A stretch of 64,000 nucleotides of DNA, taken from positions 160,001 to 224,000 of the forward strand of contig CAXTYC010000003.1 in assembly GCA_964248365.1 (NCBI GenBank). Reading direction: 5' to 3'. This stretch comes from an uncultured Chroococcidiopsis sp. (GTDB lineage Bacteria > Cyanobacteriota > Cyanobacteriia > Cyanobacteriales > Chroococcidiopsidaceae). How positions within the stretch are numbered: position 1 is the stretch's first letter; each line of letters opens with the position of its first letter. The translations under genes and the position numbers were made by a program. Positions 31,612 through 41,177 of the stretch are shown piece by piece. The notes beneath the pieces are model-generated. The model was not told the origin of the DNA. It saw nothing but the letters and a program-made list of their open reading frames with translations, and did no database searches.

Positions 31612-32568
31612 ATGACACAATCAAATCTTCTGGCACAAGCAAAGCTTGGCGATGCAAAAGCGATCGCAGATGTAATTAACTACCTTATGCCAACTGAAGG
31701 GGTTATTGCAAAAGCTGCCCTCAAAGACGGTTTTTTAGAAATTATCGTTGAAGCAGATCAAGTTCCAGCTCAACAACAATCACTTACACACATCCAGAAA
31801 ATCATAAATTATTTACACCCAAAATTTGTTAATAAGATACGAGTTTATGGAAAGCAAACAGGTACTTACTCGTTAGATTGGTATGAAGAGTTTAAGCCAT
31901 TTGCGGCAAATTATAAATCATTAGAGCCGACTGTTCAAACTAAAAATATAGATATAGAGCAAGCTTCTACCTGGGAAAAAGCTCTAGAAGCGGTGATTGA
32001 TTCAATTATTGGTGCTGATTTTAATCAAGACGCAATTAAGCAGTTTGTAGATAAACTTCGCTGGGAAAAGCCTGGAATTAGCAATGAGGAAATTTGTCAG
32101 AAAATAGTTAATCAAAAATCTATGCACAGTGGTTTATTTGGTGCAGTAACGGGCGTTGGTGGTTTAGCTGTCTTACCTTTTGCCATACCAGCTAATATTT
32201 ATGTTTCTTGGAGAATTCAGGCTGCTACTATCCGTGCGATTGCTTATGTGTATGGTTATCCTCCTAGTAAGACAGACATTAGCCTAGTATTATTTGGAGC
32301 GGTTGATTCACAGATGCAAGCCTTAAAAAGATTGGGAATTGAAGCTGCAAAAGTTGCTACGAAGAAGGCATTTGACCAATACATGACAAAGGAAATAATC
32401 AAGTCGGTATTGAAGTTATCCCTGAAAGAAGCAGCAACAAAAATGGTACAAAAAGCATTAGTTACTAAGATGATTCCAGTTGTTGGAGCGCCTATAGGCT
32501 TTGGCTTTGACTGGATGACAACACAAGCTGTAGGGAAGCTGGCAATTAAATATTACAGCGGAACTTAA
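31612..32568 (+). CDS. EcsC-like protein with a cyanobacterial N-terminal module
   Basis: GAVTGVGGL, IAYVYGY, KMIPVVGAPIG; N-terminal LLAQAKLGDAKAIA...IRVYGKQ...W. Confidence 0.7.
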   Translation: MTQSNLLAQAKLGDAKAIADVINYLMPTEGVIAKAALKDGFLEIIVEADQVPAQQQSLTHIQKIINYLHPKFVNKIRVYGKQTGTYSLDWYEEFKPFAANYKSLEPTVQTKNIDIEQASTWEKALEAVIDSIIGADFNQDAIKQFVDKLRWEKPGISNEEICQKIVNQKSMHSGLFGAVTGVGGLAVLPFAIPANIYVSWRIQAATIRAIAYVYGYPPSKTDISLVLFGAVDSQMQALKRLGIEAAKVATKKAFDQYMTKEIIKSVLKLSLKEAATKMVQKALVTKMIPVVGAPIGFGFDWMTTQAVGKLAIKYYSGT

Positions 32569-32647
32569 GATAAATTTAGTCTTATATGTAGAGAAATTGT
32601 CTCTAATTCCGCTAAAAAACAATTGTAACATTTGGAGGTTTTTGATT

Positions 32648-33463
32648 ATGCAAGCTGAAATGGAAAGTATAATAATTTTAAGTTTAATGTTAATTTTAGG
32701 CTTTGGCATTGTTTATTGGTATATTGCCTTACCATTATTGTTCATGTCACTCTGCTTTGGTTTATTTAATGAAATAATATTAAAACCACGTAAAATCAAA
32801 AAGATAAAATCTAGTGATTTAGTATTGATAAAAGGCTCGGATAATCAGTATGGCATTCCTGTAAAAATTGGAAAACCAAGTAATGCAGTTAATAGCGCTT
32901 CATTAAAGCAATCTCAATTTCAACTAATTGGTTATAAAGTTTTTATTATGGTTCCCATATTACAAAATGATGGAAGCGTTGAATTCAAATGTTCCTATCA
33001 TGCTCTAGATCGAGTTGAAATTGCCAAGCTTAATGTAATCCAAGAAGATAGAAAGCTAACACCACTCAAAAAAATAGCTCCCATCATTAAAGAATACGTA
33101 GCTGTAGAGACAGAGATTTCCCATCTTAAAAACAAAAAGATGGAACTCATAGAAGTAAAAAAATTGATTTCATTATCAGACATTTATCATAATCAAGAAA
33201 GCATATACGAGAGAGCGTTATTACAAATAGAAAATATAATAAACAAGGCAGAAGAATTAAAACAAGTATATCTACATCTAATTAAAGAGTGTTTGATTAG
33301 CTATAAAGTTGCTGAGTATAACCTAGATAGCATCCCAGACAATATACAACTATCGCTTGATTTGCGTTATAGGCATACAAAAGAGGAATACCAAAAAATG
33401 AAAGACACAGCAGATGCTTATTTTGTTTTGGTACGAGATAAACGTATCAATAAACTTATATAA
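32648..33463 (+). CDS. AT-rich hypothetical protein, N-terminal TM plus coiled coil
   Basis: Long ORF with hydrophobic N-terminus and heptad-rich C-terminal half. Confidence 0.65.
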   Translation: MQAEMESIIILSLMLILGFGIVYWYIALPLLFMSLCFGLFNEIILKPRKIKKIKSSDLVLIKGSDNQYGIPVKIGKPSNAVNSASLKQSQFQLIGYKVFIMVPILQNDGSVEFKCSYHALDRVEIAKLNVIQEDRKLTPLKKIAPIIKEYVAVETEISHLKNKKMELIEVKKLISLSDIYHNQESIYERALLQIENIINKAEELKQVYLHLIKECLISYKVAEYNLDSIPDNIQLSLDLRYRHTKEEYQKMKDTADAYFVLVRDKRINKLI

Positions 33464-33902
33464 GTAATAAAGATATTACAAAAGTCAGCTTTAGATAATA
33501 TTGTAGTGCAGGAAAATTTAATATACGCTCAGACAAAAATATCGATAGAAGTCCTAGCAGATGGCAATTACATTATTATAGCCGCATTAGTAACATCTGT
33601 AGAATGTTACGAAAATCCTGAATGATATGCAGTAGATATTGCTATTTATAATGAAAGTTTTGGGGTAAGTTTTCAATAGGAGAATGTTCTCCTTTGTCCC
33701 GCTCAATTCATTGTTATAGATATCAGATCAAAGCATTGAATGTTAGCATTTAGTCACGCTTTGGATAGCTGAGGAAGGTTTTTAGCAGAATTACGCGATC
33801 ACCTATTCAAATTGATCCTCCTCTTGTCAGAGGGAAATTTATTAAATACATACTAAAAGAAAATAGTCGCCCCAAATGCCTTGAACTTCATAGGATCTGC
33901 TA

Positions 33903-34637
33903 ATGACAGATAAAACAACTCGGCGTAATTTTCTGCTGACTAGCGTCGCTGTAGCTGGCGGGGTTGTAGGAAGTGGCGCAATAAAACAGAATTTGACCAA
34001 CAGTGCTGACTCATCAACACACAATGAGGCTAAAGCTACTAAATCATCTCGTTCCATGAACTTCAGTTCTGGAACGATGCCAGAACGTGTGCTGGGAGCT
34101 ACTAAAATAAAAGTACCTATCTTCGGTTTGGGGGGTGCAGGACAAACGCCACTATCCGACGAGGGAAAAGAAAAAGATGCTGTGGCTATGATTCAAAGAG
34201 CGTATGAACTGGGTATTCGCTACTTTGATACTGCTGCAAGTTATGGACCGAGTGAAGATTATCTGGGTAAGGTATTGCCAAATTATCGAGCAAAAATATT
34301 TCTGGCTAGTAAGACAGCCGAAAGGAATCGGGATGGTGCGTGGCGAGAATTAGAGCGATCGCTTAAACGTCTAAATACAGATTACCTGGATTTGTGGCAA
34401 ATGCACCATGTCGCATATCAACAAGACTTAGATACGCTTTTTGGTGCTAATGGAGCGATTAAAGCTATAGAAGAAGCAAAAGAACAAAAACTTATCCGCT
34501 TTAGTGGTATTACTGGTCATTATGATCCAAAAATGATCGCCCAAGGTTTGCGCCGCTATCGCTTTGACACCACACTTATTCCTGTAAATGCCGCTGATAA
34601 GCACCATCCACAGCCTTTTCTTCCTGCTGTGTTACCA
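33903..34637 (+). pseudogene. Tat-signal aldo/keto reductase, N-terminal part
   Basis: TRRNFL Tat motif, YFDTAASYG, ASKT, SLKRLNTDYLDLWQMH, GITGH; homology ends at PFLPAVLP. Confidence 0.88.
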
Positions 34638-35235
34638 AGAATTCCCAAATCGCAATACCAGAAGTTTTGGGGTTAGCCGCAATCAGCTTTACGTTATCTT
34701 TTGCCAAGTCTGCCCAAGTCTTGATACCTTTGGGATTGCCAGGGCGGGTGACAATAGCCGCCACAGATCGGGTGACAACGCTACCTTTGGGAGCTTCTAT
34801 TTCCCAACCCGATTCAATCAAACCTGCTTGCTCAATTCTATTGAGATCAAGACCTAGAGCTAGATGTACTACATCTGCTTCTATTGAACCTTCAATTACG
34901 GCACGGGTTTGAGAACCAGAACCACCGTAGCTAGTCTCGAAACTGACGTTTTGGTTCTGTTCTTTCTTCCACTTTTCGACAAATTTGGGAATGATGTGAT
35001 CGTGAGCTGCTCTAGTAACCGAGTAGGAAACTAACCTTAGTTTGACATCAGGTTTGGCAGCCGACGAGCTGCTTTCACAAGCAGCGATCGCCACACTCAA
35101 GCTAACTCCTACCAAAAACAGACACGCAAAGCTCCACAAAGAACGTCGGTTCAACCAATTTGCTATTGGTTGATACCACTGTCTAATATCCTGCAAAGTT
35201 TTAACAAGATAAGTCTGTTGCGCGATCGAGTGCAT
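34635..35235 (-). pseudogene. sbp: Sulfate ABC transporter substrate-binding protein paralogue, 3'-truncated
   Basis: Lipobox IAAC, SYGGSGSQTRAV, ADVVHLAL, RPGNPKGIKTWADL, NPKTSG; breaks after WEFL. Confidence 0.88.
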
Positions 35236-35299
35236 TATCTCTAACCTCAGTATCAAAGGTATAGTGACCAACAATCGGTAACTGATAACTGGTCACTGT

Positions 35300-36103
35300 T
35301 TAACCAAATCGACCGCTAATATATTCCTTAGCTTCTTCGGTACTAGGAGAATCAAAAATTTGTTCGGTAGGACTGAACTCAACTAATCTTCCTCGGCGCT
35401 TACCGCTGCGATCTGTTTCAGTATTGAAAAACGCAGTCAAATCTGAGATACGCGAGGCTTGCTGCATATTGTGGGTTACGACAATGATGGTGTACTGTTC
35501 CTTCAGTTCAAGACAAAGTTCTTCAACCTGTTTAGTTGAAATTGGATCGAGGGCAGAACATGGTTCATCCATCAGAATTACATCAGGCTTCATGGCGATC
35601 GCTCGTGCAATGCAAAGCCGCTGCTGTTGTCCTCCAGATAAATCTGTACCCTTTCCTTTCAGCTTGTCTTTCACCTCATCCCAAATCGCAGCTCGTCGCA
35701 GCGATTCCTCTACCAATTCGTCCATATTTCCCTTGTAACCGTTGGTTCGCGGACCAAAGGCAATGTTTTCATAGATTGACTTGGGAAAAGGATTCGGTCG
35801 CTGGAACACCATTCCGATCTGACGACGGACTTTCACCGGATTGATTTTGGAGCCATAAATGTTTTTCCCCTGGTAATCGATTCTGCCCTCAACCCTAGCG
35901 CCTGGGATCAAATCGTTCATGCGGTTAAAGCAGCGCAGCAGGGTACTTTTGCCACATCCTGAAGGTCCAATAAAAGCGATGATTTGTTTTTCAGGAATTT
36001 CCATATTCACTTCCTGAAGTGCCATAAAATCACCGTAGTAAACCTTGACACCTCTGACTTCAAAAGTTGCCGTAGCCAGTGTAGCTGTATTGTTAGAGCG
36101 CAT
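35300..36103 (-). CDS. pstB: PstB-like ABC ATPase
   Basis: [44 protein letters not shown]. Confidence 0.95.
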   Translation of the reverse strand: MRSNNTATLATATFEVRGVKVYYGDFMALQEVNMEIPEKQIIAFIGPSGCGKSTLLRCFNRMNDLIPGARVEGRIDYQGKNIYGSKINPVKVRRQIGMVFQRPNPFPKSIYENIAFGPRTNGYKGNMDELVEESLRRAAIWDEVKDKLKGKGTDLSGGQQQRLCIARAIAMKPDVILMDEPCSALDPISTKQVEELCLELKEQYTIIVVTHNMQQASRISDLTAFFNTETDRSGKRRGRLVEFSPTEQIFDSPSTEEAKEYISGRFG

Positions 36104-36185
36104 ACGTGTATTTTTCTAAGGTTCTATTACAGTTGAAATTCTTGCCAAGCTATGAGCTATTAACTATTAGCTATTAGCTTTCAAA

Positions 36186-37088
36186 TTATTTAAGTAACGA
36201 AAAGCGATTTCGGAAGTAAATTGCTACGCCATTTAGAACCAAAACTACGAACAATAAAACAATGATTGTTGCTGCTGCTGCGTTAGCAAAACCAGGCTCA
36301 GGGCGAGTGATATAACTGTAAATTTGGATAGGTAAAGCCATAAAGCGCTGAAACAAACCAGGATTGAATGTGAGAAAACTTACAGCTCCGATTACGAGTA
36401 GAGAAGCTGCATCACCAATTGCCCGTGAAACTGAAAGAATTACACCTGTTAAAATTCCTGGCACGGCATAAGGTAAGACATGATTCCATATCGTTTGCCA
36501 CTTAGTTGTTCCTAAGCCATAAGAAGCTTCTCTTAAGGCATTAGGAACACCTCGAATTGCCTCTCTAGAAGTGACAATAATTATCGGTAAAGACAGCAAG
36601 GATAAAGTTAGTGCGCCAGTAATCAAAGATGGACCAAAGCCCAAAAGATAATAAAAAACGCCCAAACCAAGTAACCCATAGACAATTGAAGGAACTCCAG
36701 CCAGGTTAGCAATGTTAATCTCGATAATATCTGTCCACCAAGCTTTCGGTGCATATTCTTCGAGATACAAAGCCGTTCCTACACCAATAGGTACAGCAAT
36801 TAAAATAACTAGTATTCCTAGAAAAATGCTGCCAAAAATAGCAGGACGTATGCCGCCTTTATCGGCGAATCGAGAAGGAGTCTCAGTTAAAAAACCAGGC
36901 TTTACGAGTGTTCCTATCCCATCTCTTAAGACATCGAAGACTAAGAGGGCAAGCACTACTAAACCAATGCTAAGACCGATTAAAAAGAGAATTTCAAAGA
37001 TTTTGCCAGTTTGTTCTCGTTTCTCTAACTGTGGATTAAACTCCTCAGTTTTTGAGGAAAAATCGTTTTGGTAAGAAGAAGTAGCCAT
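36186..37088 (-). CDS. pstA: PstA-like permease
   Basis: YLEEY, NLAGVPSIVYGLLGL, REASYGLG. Confidence 0.93.
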   Translation of the reverse strand: MATSSYQNDFSSKTEEFNPQLEKREQTGKIFEILFLIGLSIGLVVLALLVFDVLRDGIGTLVKPGFLTETPSRFADKGGIRPAIFGSIFLGILVILIAVPIGVGTALYLEEYAPKAWWTDIIEINIANLAGVPSIVYGLLGLGVFYYLLGFGPSLITGALTLSLLSLPIIIVTSREAIRGVPNALREASYGLGTTKWQTIWNHVLPYAVPGILTGVILSVSRAIGDAASLLVIGAVSFLTFNPGLFQRFMALPIQIYSYITRPEPGFANAAAATIIVLLFVVLVLNGVAIYFRNRFSLLK

Positions 37089-37197
37089 ATTTACGAAGCT
37101 GCAACAATACTTTTGACTTTGATTAGCCCGTCTCACCTGAAATATTTGTCAGAGTCAGAATTTTTCTGTGAACTCGCCCCTACGACTTTTGACTTCC

Positions 37198-38136
37198 TTA
37201 GTACTTTTCTTTATAGCGATTAGCAATCCAATGGCTGACGATATTTAAAGCTAGAGTAATCAAAAACAGAACAGCTCCCACGACGTACAAGGTTTTGTAA
37301 TTAAGACTGCCACGAGCGCTATCTCCTCCTGAGATTTGAGCCATATAAGCCGTCATTGTTCCTACTGATTGGAAGGGATTGATATTGAGTCGAGGCTGTT
37401 GCCCAGCAGCAATTACCACAATCATCGTTTCACCAACAGCTCTAGAAATGCCTAAAATAATCGCGGCAGCAATTCCAGAAAGAGCTGCGGGAAAGATAAT
37501 TTTGGTTATGACTTCCAGTTTTGTTACTCCCATTGCGTAAGCTCCTTCTCGTAAAGAGCGAGGAACAGATTGTAGAGCGTCTAAGCTAATGGAGCCAATT
37601 GTAGGCATTACCATGATCCCTGTCATTAGCCCAGCACTTAAGGCGTTAAAAACCTCAAGGGGAAAAAAGTTACGCAGAACAGGGGTGATAAATAACAGAG
37701 CAAAGTATCCAAAGACAACAGTAGGCACTCCCGCCAGCAGCTCTACCGCTGGGCGTAAAATCCGCGCTACCTTGGGTGAGGCATATTCGCTTAAGTAAAT
37801 AGCAGCAGATAAACCAAGAGGAATGGCAACGAGCATGGCGATCGTTGTCGTCAGTAGAGTGCCGTTGATTAGGGGCCAAATCCCAAAATGTTTCTGGGCA
37901 AATAAAGGTGTCCACTGAGTATCGAGCAAGAACTGAGCAAGTGTAACCTCTTGGAAAAACTCAAACGTCACCCGAAAGATAATAAAGACGATGCCAAAAG
38001 TCGTGAAGACGGAAATCAACGCGCAAGAAAATAATATCGCCTGGATAAATTTTTCTTGGAGATCGTCAGATGCCTCCTTGTTAAGCTTACGCCCGTCTTC
38101 TCTATCCAACTGGTTCCGAAAATTTGTGTCTTGCAT
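37198..38136 (-). CDS. pstC: PstC-like permease
   Basis: YLSEYA, ELLAGVPTVVFG, SRAVGETMIV. Confidence 0.93.
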   Translation of the reverse strand: MQDTNFRNQLDREDGRKLNKEASDDLQEKFIQAILFSCALISVFTTFGIVFIIFRVTFEFFQEVTLAQFLLDTQWTPLFAQKHFGIWPLINGTLLTTTIAMLVAIPLGLSAAIYLSEYASPKVARILRPAVELLAGVPTVVFGYFALLFITPVLRNFFPLEVFNALSAGLMTGIMVMPTIGSISLDALQSVPRSLREGAYAMGVTKLEVITKIIFPAALSGIAAAIILGISRAVGETMIVVIAAGQQPRLNINPFQSVGTMTAYMAQISGGDSARGSLNYKTLYVVGAVLFLITLALNIVSHWIANRYKEKY

Positions 38137-38179
38137 TGTAATATCTTGAATATCTCGATCTCTCTTTAAAGGAGTTTAG

Positions 38180-39184
38180 TTAAAGAAGTTTGGCGATCGG
38201 CTCACCTGGCTTGGCATCTTTGAATTTAGAACCAGTTTCTTTGGAGGTAAGTTTTTGCTTGATCTTGGGGTAAGCTTCATCGGGTAGCGCCACATAGCCT
38301 ATTTGATCGACCCATTTCCAAGAATTATCTATATAAAATTCAACAAACTTCTTTACTGCTGGTTCGTTATCCAGTGAGTTCTTACTGACATAGATAAAGA
38401 GAGGACGAGACAAAGGTGTATAAATATTCTTCACAACATTGTCTATAGGAACAGGCTTTTCGCACTGCCCTTGGGGATCTTCCACGGCAACCAAGTTTAA
38501 CCTGTCTTGGTTGGCAATGTAGTAAGATATCCCAACATAAGCTAGACCATTCTCGTCGCCCAAAACCCCTTGGACAAGGACGTTTTGGTTATTGCTAGGA
38601 GTATAGTCTGTGCGGCTATTTCTGGCTTTGCCAGTAACGGCTTGCGTGAAATAATCAAATGTCCCAGTATCAGAACCAGGGGCATAAAGCCTTAGCGGTC
38701 GGTCGGGAAACTTGGAATTAACTTGATTCCAGTTGGTGACTTTACCAGTTGATTTGGAGTTCCACATTTTATTGAGTTCTTTGATACTCAGGCATTTAGC
38801 GAAGTTATTTTGACGATTCACAATTACAGCCATTCCATCTAGAGCAATAGGCAGCTCTACAATCTCAATTGAGTTCTTTTTACAGGTTTTAATTTCTTCA
38901 TCTCTAATGGCTCGTGATGCCCCAACAACATTAATGTCACCGTTGCAAAACTTACTAAATCCGCCTCCAGTACCACTTGAAGCAACGCTAACCTGAGCAT
39001 CAGGGTTTTCTTTCTGAAATTCCTCGGCAACTGCTTGATGGATGGGATAACCTACAGCCCCACCATCAATGCTCACCTCTGTTTGTTTTTCCTCTGCCCC
39101 ATTGCTGCAAGCAGTTATACCGCAGGTAATTACTATCAGAGATGTCAGTAAAACATGACACTTTAATCGGCTGTTAAAGAGCAT
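38180..39184 (-). CDS. pstS: PstS-family lipoprotein with divergent ligand-binding motifs
   Basis: Lipobox ITAC, SGTGGGF, ASR, GTFDYFT, PLSRPLFIYV; non-canonical DGGAVG and SNNQN. Confidence 0.9.
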   Translation of the reverse strand: MLFNSRLKCHVLLTSLIVITCGITACSNGAEEKQTEVSIDGGAVGYPIHQAVAEEFQKENPDAQVSVASSGTGGGFSKFCNGDINVVGASRAIRDEEIKTCKKNSIEIVELPIALDGMAVIVNRQNNFAKCLSIKELNKMWNSKSTGKVTNWNQVNSKFPDRPLRLYAPGSDTGTFDYFTQAVTGKARNSRTDYTPSNNQNVLVQGVLGDENGLAYVGISYYIANQDRLNLVAVEDPQGQCEKPVPIDNVVKNIYTPLSRPLFIYVSKNSLDNEPAVKKFVEFYIDNSWKWVDQIGYVALPDEAYPKIKQKLTSKETGSKFKDAKPGEPIAKLL

Positions 39185-39216
39185 TGCAATTATTTAAAAA
39201 TGCTTACTTGAAACTA

Positions 39217-39435
39217 ATTCTACTTAAAGTCGGTAGGAATACCGTGTTAAGTGATTATAAAGTTTAATTGCAGGTAAAATCATTAAGTTATGTAAAATAT
39301 GTTTGGCATACAGGCGATCGCGTCCTACTTCCGCTTTCAACAAGATCTACCAATCTGGCTGAGGCAAAAAGTTAATTCGATAATCCTACCCACCATTGAA
39401 GTTTGTCGAATATACTGCGGTAAATCGGTAGGTAT
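39217..39435. promoter_or_regulatory. Two 24-bp imperfect palindromic operator-like sites in the divergent pstS/cysK intergenic region
   Basis: ATTCTACTTAAAGTCGGTAGGAAT (39217-39240) and ATACTGCGGTAAATCGGTAGGTAT (39412-39435), 17/24 identical. Confidence 0.55.
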
Positions 39436-39579
39436 TACGGTATTTAAGTAAACAAAGTTAATTAATTAAAGGAGGACACTTGAAGGTGACGCAGATATGG
39501 TTCCACAATGCTGTAACCTCATCTGCAAGCTGCTTCCGAACAAAATGGCTGGTCTACTTACATTCTTTGGTGTTTAAGT

Positions 39580-40053
39580 ATGGCAACTTATAAAACAATT
39601 GTGCAAGCGATCGGCAGAACTCCCCTAATTCAGTTAAACCAAATTACCCAGAATATTACATCTACTATCTATGCCAAGCTAGAATCTCTCAATCCTGGCG
39701 GCAGCACTAAAGACAGAATTGCACTTGCCATGATCGAAGCGGCGGAAAAAGAAGGACTCCTGCAACCAGGTGGAACCATCATTGAAGCCACAGCAGGCAA
39801 TACAGGTGTTGGTTTAGCACTGATTGCTGCTGTTAAAAAGTATTGGTACATTTTTGTACTACCTGACAAAATGAGTCAGGAAAAGATCAACTTGCTCAAA
39901 GCTTATGGTGCAGAAGTGGTTATTACTCATACCTCTGTGCCGCCTGACTCTCCCGAAAGCTACAACGGTGTAGCAGAACGGCTGACTAAAGAAATTCCTG
40001 GCGCGTACAGACCAAATCAATTCGAGAATCCTCATAATCCCTTGGCTCATTAG
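39580..40053 (+). pseudogene. Cysteine synthase / cystathionine beta-synthase family, truncated at the IS
   Basis: IGRTPL, KLESLNPGGSTKDR (PLP lysine), EATAGNTG, PPDSPESY, NQFENPHN; stop codon supplied by the IS end. Confidence 0.9.
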
Positions 40054-40958
40054 ACCTCTTGCGTGAATAGGGGGTGAGTGAGTAAAAGTAGGGTAAGGAG
40101 GAATAGTCCATGACCTACGAGCAACTTGCACGTTTGAGCTCTAATAGCTTCAAACGCAAGTGCGCAGTTCATCGTGAAACCTTTGAGCAGATGGTTCAAA
40201 CGCGGCGCCCCCATCTTGACCGTCAGGGTAAGCGAGGCGGACAGGCTAAACTGAGCGTCGAAGATCAATTGTTGTTGGTGCTAGAGTATTGGCGGGAATA
40301 TCGTACTCAATTTCATATTGCCACTAGTTGGGGATTAAGCGAGTCTGCTGTGTGCCGCTTAATCCAAAAGGTAGAAACGCTGTTGCTTGAGTGTGGTAAG
40401 TTTCGCTTGCCAGGTAAAAAGCAGCTATATCAAAATGCCTACACTTGGAATGTGCTGGTCGTCGATGTCACGCAAAGCCCAACCCTCCGCCCAAAAAAAA
40501 ACAGCGCGCTTACTACAGTGGGAAGAAAAAGCGGCACACTTTGAAAGCACAAGTGATAGTTAACCAAGCAACAGGACAAATTATTTGTACTGCCTTTGGC
40601 AAGGGGCGAGTGCATGATTTTCGCTTGTTCAAACTGCATCGGTTTCCCATGCTACCACAGCAGTTATGCTTAGCTGACAAGGGATATCAGGGCATCACCA
40701 ACCTGCATAGCGCCAGTTGCACCCCAACCAAGAAACCCCGCCGTCCGGCAAATTTGAGTAAGTCTGAGCCCCAACACAATCGTCTGCTCGCACGATTGCG
40801 TGTTGTAGCTGAACACGTCAACCGGCGGTTGAAGATTTTTCGGATTTTGGCAGAGCGTTACCCTAATCGTAGACGGCGTTTTGGCTTACGCTTCAATTTG
40901 CTCGCTGGAATTATCAACCTTGAACTTGCTCTGTGTTCCTGATTCACGCAAGAGGTCT
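40052..40958 (+). mobile_element. IS5-family (ISL2/IS702-like) insertion sequence, 907 bp
   Basis: 17-bp perfect TIRs AGACCTCTTGCGTGAAT; ATT on both flanks; split transposase. Confidence 0.95.
40110..40942 (+). CDS. IS5-family transposase in two ORFs joined at an A9 slippery site (40493-40501)
   Basis: HTH YWREYRT, VVDVT, RPKKKQ, YSGKKKRHT, LADKGYQG, RVVAEH. Confidence 0.9.
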
Positions 40959-40961
40959 ATT

Positions 40962-41072
40962 GTTAGGGTGGCTAAGGCTTTTAAACCACTTGCTGATCAG
41001 GAATTAGCAGCCATCGAGCAACGTACTGCTGCTATTTGGGAAGATAATACTTTCTTTCGCGCTTGGGGGTGA
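40962..41072 (+). pseudogene. Aldo/keto reductase C-terminal fragment
   Basis: VRVAKAFKPLADQELAAIEQRTAAIWEDNTFFRAWG* matches the usual end of this cyanobacterial AKR family; same strand as the 33903 fragment. Confidence 0.8.
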
Positions 41073-41177
41073 TTAGGGGCTGGGGGCTAGAGGCTGGGGG
41101 CTAGAGAAAGAGGGGGAGAGGGGGAGAATTACCAACCACCAATTACCGATTACCAACTACCAACTACTAATTACCAA

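Noticed and set aside
33467..33625. About 50-codon open frame after the AT-rich orphan
   Set aside because: No convincing start, RBS or motif.
34576..34676. Apparent antisense overlap of AKR and sbp as intact genes
   Set aside because: The tails of both ORFs are read-through across a rearrangement junction.
39250..39300. Pho box upstream of pstS
   Set aside because: Only two weak 11-bp-spaced matches (TTTTACCT, ATTAAACT on the minus strand) in AT-rich DNA; not enough to call, though not excluded.
40881..41072. 63-aa ORF as a novel gene
   Set aside because: Chimera of the IS end and the AKR C-terminal fragment.
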